64,000 nucleotides of DNA from a virus (Duplodnaviria > Caudoviricetes), in IMG/VR virus record IMGVR_UViG_3300021295_000003, positions 1 to 64,000 of that record; one strand, written 5' to 3'. The notes beneath the pieces are model-generated. The model was not told the DNA's origin. It searched no databases and saw only the letters and a program-made list of their open reading frames with translations. The position numbers were made by a program, and so were the translations under genes. Each line of letters begins with the position of its first letter. Within the stretch, counting starts at the first letter, position 1. Positions 1 through 10,538 of this stretch are shown piece by piece.

Positions 1-315
1 TATGATGCATTCCAAGGTGAATTGGAAGAAATGGAAAATATTGCTGAAGACACTAGTAGTAATTTGCCTAAAACTATTCGTGGAATTGGTAGTAATATTG
101 TTGATGAGTTTGGAGAACCTACATTTAATTTAGGTTATGAGGATACTGCTAATGCTGGAATCAGTAACATCAGCAATAATTCAAATACTCAAGGAATGCG
201 TGATTTAATTATTAATATTGATAGTGTTGACAGTAGAGACCGTGTTCAAGAGTTAGTGGATGAAATTATTAGACAATTACGTTTCGATAATAAAACTGCT
301 GGAAGGAGTGTATAA
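1..315 (+). CDS. Tape measure protein C-terminus, module A (5' truncated)
   Basis: Frame is open from base 1 and directly precedes the tail hub/baseplate genes; assignment is mainly positional. Confidence 0.55.
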   Translation, partial: YDAFQGELEEMENIAEDTSSNLPKTIRGIGSNIVDEFGEPTFNLGYEDTANAGISNISNNSNTQGMRDLIINIDSVDSRDRVQELVDEIIRQLRFDNKTAGRSV

Positions 316-317
316 TC

Positions 318-1145
318 GTGAGTTTCATTGGTTTAATTGATTATAAAAGTAAGGATAATTTGAATAGTGATAATTATCTTCATTTGAATGTTGATGCTGA
401 CAGTGGTGTTGATGTTACTCCTAACATGGAGATTACGGTTACTGATTTGAATAAGTCAGGAAGTAGTTTGTATAAGCATTTTTTCAATAATGGTTATGGT
501 GGAATTACTTTTAAAATTGATGTATTGATTAAGCAAACCGATACTTGGAACGGCAAACGTGTAACTGATGTGGTTAATGGTTGGTTTATTAACATGACTC
601 CATTAGCAATTGTTACTGAAGCAATTGATGTACCTGATGGAAGGTATATTATTACAGATAATAGTTCACGTAAACAAACCTTCAAAGGCAGTACGCTATG
701 GAGCATGGAATTCACAACCTACGCACCATTACAATTATACAGATACAAAAATGATAACGCTGCAGTATTAAAAGCAATCAAGAAAGCTAAAAAAGCAAAT
801 AGTAAAAGTAAAAAGAAATCCACAACCAATACCAAATTCGCAAAATGTTTTTGGGGCATTATGGTTTACAGTAAAAAGAAAAAGGTTGTTAAATGTGTTA
901 AATACTTACAGAAAGTATTATACAAACAGAAACTACTAAAAAAGAATCAGATTGACGGATGGTACGGACCAGCTACAAAAAAGGCAGTGAAAAAATTTCA
1001 AAAGAATTACAATAAGAAAAACAAAATCACTATCAATGTTAAAAATGGACAATCATTACCAACAGGTAAAAAACTATTAAGTAAAAGATTGCCAGTAACT
1101 GGAAAAATGGATTTCGAAACATTCAAAGCATTAAGAGATGCGTGA
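318..1145 (+). CDS. Tail/baseplate protein with C-terminal peptidoglycan-binding-like (PG_binding_1) domain
   Basis: VKYLQKVL..IDGWYGPATKKAVKKFQ..LPVTGKMDFET motif; follows the TMP. Confidence 0.6.
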   Translation: MSFIGLIDYKSKDNLNSDNYLHLNVDADSGVDVTPNMEITVTDLNKSGSSLYKHFFNNGYGGITFKIDVLIKQTDTWNGKRVTDVVNGWFINMTPLAIVTEAIDVPDGRYIITDNSSRKQTFKGSTLWSMEFTTYAPLQLYRYKNDNAAVLKAIKKAKKANSKSKKKSTTNTKFAKCFWGIMVYSKKKKVVKCVKYLQKVLYKQKLLKKNQIDGWYGPATKKAVKKFQKNYNKKNKITINVKNGQSLPTGKKLLSKRLPVTGKMDFETFKALRDA

Positions 1146-2620
1146 TAACCATGACTGCTATTAAAAAAACAAGCAACATAATAGCTGAAGCTAACTACGC
1201 ACCTAACAATGCAAAAGTACTCATATGCCGTAAAGCAGATGCCAGGAACTTGTGGGTGGATTGGAAACACTATAATAACATTCATTGGAGTCACTATCAA
1301 ATCAAAGAATCAGATTTCCGTACTAAAACAGCAACATTCACAAGTCCACAGTATGTTGACCTGACAACAGGAACATTTGCAGTAATGATAACATCTCCAA
1401 TGCATGAGGATTTCGGTGGAATTGTCCTGGATGTGAAGTATGATCATAAAACAGGATTATATGAATATCAATGTCAAGACCATAGTAGAAACTACCAGGG
1501 CAAATTTGAATTGATAAACACTAACCGTAATTTACATCGTGTTTTACAATATCTGATTACTCAAGGTGGAATTTCAACCATTGGAGCATTATCAAAGACA
1601 AAATTGAAACAATGGAAAAAAGTATTGTCAGGTTTAAGACCAGCATATCAATATGAGCAGAAATATTATGGCAGCACTTTTAACTTTAATCCGATGACAC
1701 AGAAAACAAAGATGATTATTCGTAATCAATCTTGGATTGAAGCAATTAAAACTTTAATATTGGGAAGTGGAGCATATATAGATGTTTATTTCGATAAGTA
1801 TGGGATTATACATATTGAACCGTATACTAAAGATGATTTCTATAATACTGGTTTATATTTGACTACTCCTGAGATTGCTGAAGCAACTCAGGAATTCGAT
1901 ACCACCAATATTATTACTGGTGTGGTGGTGCATAGTAGTGATAAAACAAAAATAGGTTCTGCATATGGTTCTAGCAACCTGGTTAACTTAAATCTTACTG
2001 CAATATTTGGAAGCCTTTACACTAGTATTGACAATCCAAACCAGGAAACAAGCACATCTTCAGATAAAACCAGTACTACGAATAAACAATCAGTTACTAA
2101 AACTAAAACTGATAATCCGTACAATACTAAGAAAAAAGTAGTATGGTTGAATAGTGATAACATCCTGGGGAAATCTATTGATAGGAAATTCATGGAAGAT
2201 GTGGCAAAGATACTACGAAAGCATGGATGGAAAACTAAAATCATTGGTGTTGGTCCGAATTATCACACAGAGACATACATGGGTCCGAAAAATGGCGTAT
2301 GGTTCTGTATATATGGTGGAGCAGATGGAGCAGTATTTAGAGAGGCAAGCCGTAACAACAGTTACACTAACAAACTGAAACGTTTAGGGTCTCGTACTGT
2401 TATTGGAATGCATGGAGGAGGAGACATCCGTAAAGGTGGGAAATACTATAAGTTCCTTCCTAGAGCATGGGATGACAATTACAGTCCATCAGGTTATACT
2501 GGAATCAAATATCCATTAGACATGTTAACCAAAGCCAAAGTTCCAATAATGTATGCAAGTAATGCTAAACAAATGGCAGCGAAATTCCTAGCTGGTGGAG
2601 ACAATCCGAAAGCCTGTTGA
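1142..2620 (+). CDS. Baseplate hub-like protein with extra C-terminal domain of unknown activity
   Basis: Position; Thr/Ser/Lys linker followed by a separate domain (VWLNSDNI..GVGPNYH..YGGADG). Confidence 0.45.
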   Translation: MITMTAIKKTSNIIAEANYAPNNAKVLICRKADARNLWVDWKHYNNIHWSHYQIKESDFRTKTATFTSPQYVDLTTGTFAVMITSPMHEDFGGIVLDVKYDHKTGLYEYQCQDHSRNYQGKFELINTNRNLHRVLQYLITQGGISTIGALSKTKLKQWKKVLSGLRPAYQYEQKYYGSTFNFNPMTQKTKMIIRNQSWIEAIKTLILGSGAYIDVYFDKYGIIHIEPYTKDDFYNTGLYLTTPEIAEATQEFDTTNIITGVVVHSSDKTKIGSAYGSSNLVNLNLTAIFGSLYTSIDNPNQETSTSSDKTSTTNKQSVTKTKTDNPYNTKKKVVWLNSDNILGKSIDRKFMEDVAKILRKHGWKTKIIGVGPNYHTETYMGPKNGVWFCIYGGADGAVFREASRNNSYTNKLKRLGSRTVIGMHGGGDIRKGGKYYKFLPRAWDDNYSPSGYTGIKYPLDMLTKAKVPIMYASNAKQMAAKFLAGGDNPKAC

Positions 2621-2637
2621 ACCTGGAGGTACTAATA

Positions 2638-3492
2638 ATGAGTAATGCGTTAGAAAAAGCAAAAGCTAAAGAACAATTAATTGATAGTATACGTGATTTA
2701 TACAATGCTAAAATTTCATTGCCTCTTGGAAATCCGAATTTGAAATTAGTACACACCAATCAATTCCTATTCACTGAATTACCTACAGATGTATTCGAAC
2801 TGGCAAACATGGATGTAATCGCAACTGCTTTAAACAGTACATACTCCAGGTATAGTGGTTATACATTGAATCGTTGGTATATTGAAGGAATTACAATAAC
2901 TAACGATGGACACACTGCAAAGATGGATTTAGAGTTAAATCCATTTGCCAGTAATGTATTGAAATTCAGAGATGACAAACAAAGTTTCGGAAAAGCATAT
3001 ACCGATGCCACAACATCCAATACCACAACATCCACATCTAATAAGACAAAGGTTAAATCAGTACAAACTGGAAACACTACCTTGAAAGGTGGACAGGGTA
3101 CTTTCATTGACAACCTGGTTAAAAAACTGATTGGAAAAGAAACTAATGATCTGAAAAAAGCAAAAATAATCCACAGTCACTTATGCAGCCACTTATCATA
3201 CTCCAGGTATTGCTGTGGAAAATATGGTAAGAATGCTGAAAAAGCCTACAAAGCAAGAAAGTTAAACTGTGGTGATACTTCCATGCTAACAACAAGCATG
3301 ATGCGAAGTGCTGGATTAACTGCAGATGTAGTTCATGGTCCAAATCACTTTTGGACAAGAATAAAAATCAACGGCAAAGAATATTTCAGTGATGCTACTA
3401 GCAGTTCAAGGTCATTCAATAGTGTATGGAACAATCTTAAGTATTATGCTGCACCTGGTACTTGGTGTGGTTGTGAGGCATATTCATGTTAA
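2638..3492 (+). CDS. Virion protein with transglutaminase-like (PeiW/PeiP-type) cysteine peptidase domain
   Basis: LNCGD...HGPNHFW...YFSDAT Cys-His-Asp triad; ATG 2638 follows a GGAGGT RBS. Confidence 0.65.
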   Translation: MSNALEKAKAKEQLIDSIRDLYNAKISLPLGNPNLKLVHTNQFLFTELPTDVFELANMDVIATALNSTYSRYSGYTLNRWYIEGITITNDGHTAKMDLELNPFASNVLKFRDDKQSFGKAYTDATTSNTTTSTSNKTKVKSVQTGNTTLKGGQGTFIDNLVKKLIGKETNDLKKAKIIHSHLCSHLSYSRYCCGKYGKNAEKAYKARKLNCGDTSMLTTSMMRSAGLTADVVHGPNHFWTRIKINGKEYFSDATSSSRSFNSVWNNLKYYAAPGTWCGCEAYSC

Positions 3493-3511
3493 AAAAAGGG
3501 TGTGGTATTTT

Positions 3512-3904
3512 ATGAGTGTTATTAAGGAATTAGGTACTGATGTTAAAAGTACATGGAAATTCAAAGATGGAGATTTAATACTTGTTGAAAATGATACGAA
3601 TCTTATCCAGGCAGTTCATAATCGTTTGAATACACGATTGGATACGATGGAAGATTACTACACAGAATATGGTAGTCTCTTACATCGATACCTTGGTTGG
3701 CGTAAGAATGAAACAACATTAAAATTTATGCAAATTGAATTAGAAGACACATTACGGCAAGACCCTCGTTTCGTAGATTTCAGTGTAAAACTGGATTACA
3801 TTACAAAGGGCATTCAAATCAATATTCATTTGAATCTTGATGAAGAAACGGAAATAGATATGAATTACGTTTTAAGTGATAGTGGAACTGTGGAGGAATA
3901 CTAA
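3512..3904 (+). CDS. Baseplate wedge protein, gp25/gpW-like
   Basis: GDLILV..NLIQAV..RLNT..EYGS..L..DPR pattern; immediately upstream of baseplate J. Confidence 0.7.
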   Translation: MSVIKELGTDVKSTWKFKDGDLILVENDTNLIQAVHNRLNTRLDTMEDYYTEYGSLLHRYLGWRKNETTLKFMQIELEDTLRQDPRFVDFSVKLDYITKGIQINIHLNLDEETEIDMNYVLSDSGTVEEY

Positions 3905-3906
3905 AA

Positions 3907-5076
3907 ATGGCTATTGAAGAAGAATCATTCTATAACATTGTTGGAGAGGAAATAAACCGTACAAACCTTGTTCAACAAATGATTAACTATTATGCCTTGA
4001 AATTAGAAGTCGGTGAAACAAGGATAACAGATTTCAATGAAGGCAGTGAAATACGAAACTTACTTGAAAGTATTGCAGTTGACTTATACTATCTGATGGA
4101 AGACCAAAACGAATTATCAAAAATCGCATTTGTAGATACAGCTGAAGGGGAATGGTTAGACAAGCATGGTGCAAATCCATTCATAAACTTACCACGTGAT
4201 ACTGGAAGCATGGCTACAGGTTATGTGGTTTTCAGCATACCTGAAGTTCAAACTACAGATATTGTAATTCCTGAAGAAACAATTGTAGTATGTGAAGAAA
4301 CAGGGCTTGAATACAGTACTGATAATGAGATTATCATTCCTGTCGGAGATGTGGAAGCTACAGCAAGTGTTACATGCTTAACTGAAGGTGTTGATGGAAA
4401 TTGTAGTAGTGGATCTATCACCTTGATTGATGATGATTACCTTGATATTCCTGAGTTAAGTGTTACTAACTTGGATGCGTTAACTGGTGGTACTGATTAT
4501 GAAGAGGATGATGAGTACCGTGAAAGGCTACTTGCATTCTTAAGGAAAGATGATTTTGGAAGCATTGGTTATTACCAGGAGTTAGGAGATAATGTGGATG
4601 GTGTGCATGATGTAGCATTATTCGATGCTACAGGATATACTAAGAAAGTATTGGTTAATGGTGACAGTAAACCAACTCCTGATGAGGTGTTAGCAGATGT
4701 CCTGGAAGTATACACCAGTAGTGAAAATATTGTTATTGGACATAATTTCACTGTAGATACTCCTGAGTATATAACTGTTAGTTTAACTGTTAATCTTGGC
4801 GTTGAAGTTGCATTAAGCACTACTGAAATAACTAATGTAATGTATGCAGTATTTGATGGTGGCAGTCCTGTAGTTGGAATGGATTTCGATGGTCTTGGAA
4901 TTGGAGAAACCTTGTTTAAATCAAGTCTTGTTTCTGCATTGGAATTATTCGATGCTGTAGTTAGTGTTAATATCATTGATAATGATACTGAGGAGGAATT
5001 CACAGACCTTAGTGTTAACAGTGATGAAGTATTGCAGTTAACTGACTTAACTATTAACCAAACAATCATAGAATAA
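3907..5076 (+). CDS. Baseplate J-like protein
   Basis: TAEGEWLDKHG..R..ATG.V.F and GGTDYEEDDEYRER motifs. Confidence 0.85.
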   Translation: MAIEEESFYNIVGEEINRTNLVQQMINYYALKLEVGETRITDFNEGSEIRNLLESIAVDLYYLMEDQNELSKIAFVDTAEGEWLDKHGANPFINLPRDTGSMATGYVVFSIPEVQTTDIVIPEETIVVCEETGLEYSTDNEIIIPVGDVEATASVTCLTEGVDGNCSSGSITLIDDDYLDIPELSVTNLDALTGGTDYEEDDEYRERLLAFLRKDDFGSIGYYQELGDNVDGVHDVALFDATGYTKKVLVNGDSKPTPDEVLADVLEVYTSSENIVIGHNFTVDTPEYITVSLTVNLGVEVALSTTEITNVMYAVFDGGSPVVGMDFDGLGIGETLFKSSLVSALELFDAVVSVNIIDNDTEEEFTDLSVNSDEVLQLTDLTINQTIIE

Positions 5077-5080
5077 AAGG

Positions 5081-5557
5081 GTGGTTATATTGTCTGATTT
5101 TGGTGAGGAAATAATAAACCGTTTACCTGATACTTCAAGTCTACATATTACTACTAATCCTGGAAGGAAAGTGATTGATACTACTATTGGAGAGTGGTTA
5201 ACTGCTTTTGATGATGAAGATTGGTTTAATCAATTTTTCCTGGATTCAGCTACAGGACCATATTTAGATGTTCATGGTAAAGATTTCAATGTGAAACGTA
5301 AGCTTGATGAAACTGATGAGGATTACAGGCAGCGTATTATCTATGAAACTATTGGACATTTAACCATTAATTTCCTCAAGGAAGTTTATGGTGTGGAATT
5401 GTATACTTATGTGCCTGGTTTCGATGCTACTGAAAACACTTTAATTAGTGATAATCCTTACATCTGCAGTAATGGTTTTTTAGGTGTAGCTGACTCAGTA
5501 ACTAGGAATGTCCTGGATAAAAAATTTGTTGTTGGAAGTGAAGTAACATGGCTATAA
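5081..5557 (+). CDS. Baseplate wedge protein (gpI-like)
   Basis: ATGPYLDVHG..VKR..ETDEDYRQRI; follows J. Confidence 0.6.
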   Translation: MVILSDFGEEIINRLPDTSSLHITTNPGRKVIDTTIGEWLTAFDDEDWFNQFFLDSATGPYLDVHGKDFNVKRKLDETDEDYRQRIIYETIGHLTINFLKEVYGVELYTYVPGFDATENTLISDNPYICSNGFLGVADSVTRNVLDKKFVVGSEVTWL

Positions 5558-5754
5558 GTGAAAATTTCACTGATGAGGAATTAGAAGCTCAGCTACGTTC
5601 ACAGTTTGAGGAGGATGAGCAATGGGATATGGATTTCACTACTATTTTTACTTTTATTGTTGATCGTGGTGTTGATTTATACCTGGAGTTCCGTGGTCGG
5701 AAATTCGTTATTGATAAATTAACTGGTAATGTTAGTGAGGGGGGTATAGAATGA
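5548..5754 (+). CDS. Hypothetical acidic protein
   Basis: Overlaps both neighbouring genes. Confidence 0.5.
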   Translation: MAISENFTDEELEAQLRSQFEEDEQWDMDFTTIFTFIVDRGVDLYLEFRGRKFVIDKLTGNVSEGGIE

Positions 5755-7448
5755 GTAGTTTTTTAACGTTGGAAGATGTTAATAGTGTTGTTGGTGGTTT
5801 CGGTGCTTCTACTTTGTATCATGAGATAGATACTGGTAGTGTGGGCAGTGAAACTTTTGATAATGTTAAGATTGATTTCTGCATTGTTTCAAAGTCAGCT
5901 AATACTGTTAGTGTAACTGTTGAAAATGATGCGTGGATTGGTGCTTATTACACATTGGATAGTAATGGGGATTACCTGGGATTGACTGGAAATTATAATA
6001 GCAGTACTAAAACTCTTACATTCAATACTAATACTCATATTATAATCGGTTTTGTGTGTAATATGAGTGTGCCTAGTTTTAATGTTGCTAAAACTAAGTA
6101 TAAATTGGTTGAGGGTTATCCATTAGTGTTAGATTTCACTGAATTAGCTACATCTCAGGATATTCAGTACTTGGATTTAAGCACTGGAGATGTGAATACT
6201 GTCAGCAAGGTTTTAGCTGAAGGTGTTAATCAGGTTAGTAGTGGTGATTTCACTGATTATATTTATGTTTATTTGAAAAAGCATGATTTCGATTTCAATT
6301 TAACTACTAATGTATTGATTAATGGGAAACGGAATACTGTTAGTTTCGTTGCTCCAATGGTTGAGGAATTTGATACTTGGTGTAAAGTTTCTTATTTAGA
6401 TAAGAGTAGTAACTTTTATTTGAGTGATGGTAGTTTTATTGTTGATTTAACTGATTATAATAGTGACCGTAAGGTTGAATTAACTGTTGAATTGTTGGAA
6501 TCTGATTTGATTATTGGAAAAACATTAACCTTCAGGTTGAATGTGGATTATATTATGGTGGATAATTTCAGTGATCTCTATAATGAAGTGGTTAATGGTA
6601 CTGAAATATTGGAGTTGGGAGCTGATATTACTTGTCTGTCACGTATTCCAGTAACTCATGACCTTATTATCTATGGTAACGAGTATCTACTTGATTTAAA
6701 CGAGCATGGATTCAATATAAATGAAGATGTTATATTCAAGTTAGAAAAAGTCACATGCAATAATGGTGACACTGCTATTAAACAAGGATTAAATTCAAAA
6801 ACCGAGATAACCGATTGCACATTCACAAACTGCAAGTCCAGTAACTACAATAACCTAGGCAGCATAATCTACTGTGATGTAAACCTGGAAAGTTTAAGTG
6901 TAGAAACAGATTTCACAACAATCATAACAGATACCACATTCATAAACAACCATAACTGCATATTACATGGTGGAGAGTTAACAATTTCAGGCATTGAATA
7001 TCATAACACCAATCCTGAATGTGTAGATAACAACAATCCAGCATTCCTATATCAAACAGATGGAACTGCAGACATCAGAAACAGTGTATTTGACATAGAT
7101 TACGATACTAACATATTATGCAGTGATGAAATAAATCTAGGTTTCGCACAATGCCTTGTAATGTGTGGTGAAACTGCAATCATAAACACTGCCGATAGAG
7201 ATTACCTAGTGAATAATACATTACCATTCTTTGATTCCAATTTCTTAAACCGTAGTCATGTATTTGCAAGGTATTATTATCCAGCAATAAGTGCATGTGT
7301 AGTGACAAGTCCTGAAAGAGGCAAGGAAGATAAAAGCTTATGTTACTGTGTAAGTGGTAATGATTGGGTATTCAAGGAAAACGCAGTAATCAGTAGATTA
7401 GATGCTGGAGACATCAACACTATCCGTAAAATTACATGGGAGGAATAA
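5751..7448 (+). CDS. Tail-associated adhesin-like protein with beta-helix-like region
   Basis: ITDCTFTNC/ITDTTFINN repeats like those of methanogen adhesin-like proteins. Confidence 0.5.
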   Translation: MSSFLTLEDVNSVVGGFGASTLYHEIDTGSVGSETFDNVKIDFCIVSKSANTVSVTVENDAWIGAYYTLDSNGDYLGLTGNYNSSTKTLTFNTNTHIIIGFVCNMSVPSFNVAKTKYKLVEGYPLVLDFTELATSQDIQYLDLSTGDVNTVSKVLAEGVNQVSSGDFTDYIYVYLKKHDFDFNLTTNVLINGKRNTVSFVAPMVEEFDTWCKVSYLDKSSNFYLSDGSFIVDLTDYNSDRKVELTVELLESDLIIGKTLTFRLNVDYIMVDNFSDLYNEVVNGTEILELGADITCLSRIPVTHDLIIYGNEYLLDLNEHGFNINEDVIFKLEKVTCNNGDTAIKQGLNSKTEITDCTFTNCKSSNYNNLGSIIYCDVNLESLSVETDFTTIITDTTFINNHNCILHGGELTISGIEYHNTNPECVDNNNPAFLYQTDGTADIRNSVFDIDYDTNILCSDEINLGFAQCLVMCGETAIINTADRDYLVNNTLPFFDSNFLNRSHVFARYYYPAISACVVTSPERGKEDKSLCYCVSGNDWVFKENAVISRLDAGDINTIRKITWEE

Positions 7449-7453
7449 AAAAT

Positions 7454-9607
7454 ATGTATTTCACGAATATTAGTAACCCGGAATTACAACAATTCCATGA
7501 TTTAAGGTTTAGGAATTTCAGCATTAGTTTAACTGAAATACTATCCTCAAGTTTATTCCAGGTAGAAACCATCATACCTGAAAAATTATTCAAAATTTAT
7601 CCTTTATTCTACAGTAACGAAATCAAATGTAGCAATACTAATGATAAAATATTAGATAATAGATGCATTATTGCTAATAAGAATAGTAATGAAAGTTATT
7701 ATAGTTTCATTAGTGATGATACTGCTCCTATTGTAAGGTATAATGGTAATATTGGTTTCTTTGGTATTGGTGATGAGTTAAGTGTGGATGAGTTTAACAG
7801 TATCGTTCAACTTTATAGATCTAAAAATTTCACTGAAGAAATCATGATCAGGAATAGTCTTGTTAATGGACAGTTTGGTGATTATAGTTTTAACCTGGAA
7901 TCTACTACTATTGTTGATAATGGTGTTTTGATTACTAAAGAGACATTGGAGAATATTGGTACGGTCCGATTGTTAAATCCTGTGTTTCCGAATAGTAATT
8001 ACTTGTTGTCTTTGAAGGTGTATAGTGTTGAAGATTTCAACTTGGATTTAAGTGATAATGATAATATTATTGTTACTCCATTGGAGATACCGTTAGAGCA
8101 TAATGTTGATGTTAGTATTCCTTTTGAGACATTGGATTTGAATAATATTGTTGGTTTTGATGGTAGTATTAGTATTGACCATAACAGGAATATTGTACAA
8201 TATCCATTAAGTTTAACCGTGTCCAGCAGTACTCTTACTCCATCAGTGAATAAGGCTTTTGAATTATCTTGTTTGTACTTGGATGATGCTGGCGAACCTT
8301 TAACTGATGAGAATATTACGTTTAAGTTAACTGATGAAACGGTGCTTGGTACTGCGAGAACTGATAGTGAGGGTGTTGCTGTATTGGAGTATACACCAGG
8401 TAGTTTGGGAAACCTGGTGGTGTATTGTGTTGATAATCATAGTAATAAGTCAAGTAGTATTAGTTTAGAGGTTGTTAAGCAATCAAGTAATGTTACATTA
8501 ACATCTGATAAGTCATTAGTTTATATTCCTGGAAGTTTCACAGTAACTGGTAGTTTAACTGTTGAAGATGAGGCTTATACTGGTAGTGTTAAGTTAATGA
8601 ATAATGGTGTATTATTGGATACATTAGAAACTAACCGTTATGGTGTATTCAGTAAAACTATTAATGCTGATAGTGTTAGTAATTATCAGTTGCAAGTAGT
8701 GTTTGATGGGGATAATGTAGTTCAAGGTTCTACCAGTAGTTATGTTAATATAGTGGCTAGGAAATTGAATACTAACTTGTCTATTAATGTTAATAGGACT
8801 ACAGTTTATTTCGTTAGTCAAAATGTTACAATTAATGGTGTTTTAACTGATGAATTAGGTAATGGGATTAGTGGTGCTACAATCACATTGAACGGTGAAT
8901 CCTCAGCAGTTACTACTACAACAAACAGTAGTGGAGCATACAGTTTCACTAGAAGCCACAGTGAAGTTGTATCCTATTCATATAATACTAGTTATGCTGG
9001 AGATAGTACTCACAACAGTAAAACCTCAGCATCTAAAACAGTTAATTACAGAAAAGCACCAACAAGTGTTACTATACTCAATCCTCAAAGCGAATACGAA
9101 CCTGGGGATACTGTATTAATTAAAGTTTCATCAAATTATGGAACTTTTAATCCTAGTAGTGTAACTGTCTATTTATCTGCCCTTTATTCATGGGATACTT
9201 CTACAAAAGATGGTAATGGAAACTTTATATTTACAATTCCAACTGGTTTTAATGGGCAATACACATTAAGAGCAGTATACTATGGGGATACTTACTATGG
9301 TAGTAATGATGTTTCCATAGATATTAATATTGTTTATACTCCTGTTGATACGCTAACATTATCTAAAAGTGGGAATAACTTTATATTAAATTATAAGAAA
9401 AATGGAGTTAATGTTACAGGGTTAGATATTAGAGGAACAATATTATCTTTATCAAATCCTGTCTCTCAATTCCCATCTCAAGAGGGTACTCACACAGATA
9501 ATAGGGGAAATGTACCATGGGATATTAGTGCAATTATTTCAATGGGATTCCATGGTACTGCTAAATTCACATTTGCAGGAGTAACCAGTAACACACTAAC
9601 ATACTAA
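7454..9607 (+). CDS. Tail adhesin with tandem Ig-like (Big) domains
   Basis: Repeated G..TD.G..I.GA.ITL..TTNSSG.YSF and Y.GD..Y..S motifs. Confidence 0.65.
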   Translation: MYFTNISNPELQQFHDLRFRNFSISLTEILSSSLFQVETIIPEKLFKIYPLFYSNEIKCSNTNDKILDNRCIIANKNSNESYYSFISDDTAPIVRYNGNIGFFGIGDELSVDEFNSIVQLYRSKNFTEEIMIRNSLVNGQFGDYSFNLESTTIVDNGVLITKETLENIGTVRLLNPVFPNSNYLLSLKVYSVEDFNLDLSDNDNIIVTPLEIPLEHNVDVSIPFETLDLNNIVGFDGSISIDHNRNIVQYPLSLTVSSSTLTPSVNKAFELSCLYLDDAGEPLTDENITFKLTDETVLGTARTDSEGVAVLEYTPGSLGNLVVYCVDNHSNKSSSISLEVVKQSSNVTLTSDKSLVYIPGSFTVTGSLTVEDEAYTGSVKLMNNGVLLDTLETNRYGVFSKTINADSVSNYQLQVVFDGDNVVQGSTSSYVNIVARKLNTNLSINVNRTTVYFVSQNVTINGVLTDELGNGISGATITLNGESSAVTTTTNSSGAYSFTRSHSEVVSYSYNTSYAGDSTHNSKTSASKTVNYRKAPTSVTILNPQSEYEPGDTVLIKVSSNYGTFNPSSVTVYLSALYSWDTSTKDGNGNFIFTIPTGFNGQYTLRAVYYGDTYYGSNDVSIDINIVYTPVDTLTLSKSGNNFILNYKKNGVNVTGLDIRGTILSLSNPVSQFPSQEGTHTDNRGNVPWDISAIISMGFHGTAKFTFAGVTSNTLTY

Positions 9608-9621
9608 AGGTGGTAATAATT

Positions 9622-10080
9622 ATGGCTGAACATACATTAGCAGATGAAATAATAACCATCATAAAATCAGAATCCAATAACAACGAAGCACCACAAACAG
9701 GAACAGTAAACCACATCTACACTAACGGCTACGTAGACATACAACTAACCAATAATGGAGACATCATAAAATACATACAATGCATAGGAGAACCCAAAAC
9801 CAATAAAAACGGAGTAATAGTGTTCCTAAACGGAACACTAGACAATCCAATATTCATAGTAGACCATGACACAACCGAACAAACAATCCTAGCACTAGGC
9901 TTAGGATTATTCACAATCGGCAGTGATGGTGACTTATACGTGGAACTACCTAACGGTATCTCCAACCCATTCAGCATTAATGAAGATGGAGATTTATTAG
10001 TAGAAATTCCTGATGGTGCAACCAATGATTACGAAATAAACAGTGATGGAGACATAACATACGATAGGTGGGATATATAA
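9622..10080 (+). CDS. Putative baseplate spike/OB-fold protein with short C-terminal repeats
   Basis: GTV..VDI..GEPK..GVIVFLNG pattern; three F.I..DGDL-like repeats. Confidence 0.35.
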   Translation: MAEHTLADEIITIIKSESNNNEAPQTGTVNHIYTNGYVDIQLTNNGDIIKYIQCIGEPKTNKNGVIVFLNGTLDNPIFIVDHDTTEQTILALGLGLFTIGSDGDLYVELPNGISNPFSINEDGDLLVEIPDGATNDYEINSDGDITYDRWDI

Positions 10081-10523
10081 TGACAACATATAACTTAGGA
10101 CATGTAGTAGGAAGCGATGGAAGACCAGGAGACAAAGGAGACAAGGGAGATAAAGGAGATAAAGGAGACAAGGGAGACCCAGGCACTATAACAATAGACA
10201 CCAGCCTCTCCACAACATCAACTAATGCAGTGCAAAACAAAGCAATAGCAACAGCAGTAAACGGCAAAGCAAACACAACCCATACACACAGCATTAGTGA
10301 TGTAACCACATTGCAGACAGCATTGAATGGAAAAGCTGAAACCTCACATACTCATACGATTAGTGATGTTACTAATTTACAGACATCATTAGATGCTAAA
10401 ATCAACACATCTGACATTGCTAATAACCTGACAACAACAACATCAGGAAAAGTATTAGATGCAAGACAAGGAAAAATACTGGCAGACCTCATAGGTGATG
10501 CTATTGATTATATCAACTTATAA
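10080..10523 (+). CDS. Short tail fibre protein with collagen-like and HxH fibre repeats
   Basis: (GDK)5; two HTH.ISDVT.LQT.L repeats. Confidence 0.7.
   Translation: MTTYNLGHVVGSDGRPGDKGDKGDKGDKGDKGDPGTITIDTSLSTTSTNAVQNKAIATAVNGKANTTHTHSISDVTTLQTALNGKAETSHTHTISDVTNLQTSLDAKINTSDIANNLTTTTSGKVLDARQGKILADLIGDAIDYINL
10128..10178 (+). repeat. 9-bp tandem repeat encoding collagen-like GDK
   Basis: ggagacaaa ggagacaag ggagataaa ggagataaa ggagacaag ggagac. Confidence 0.85.
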
Positions 10524-10538
10524 AGGGAGTGTTAGATT

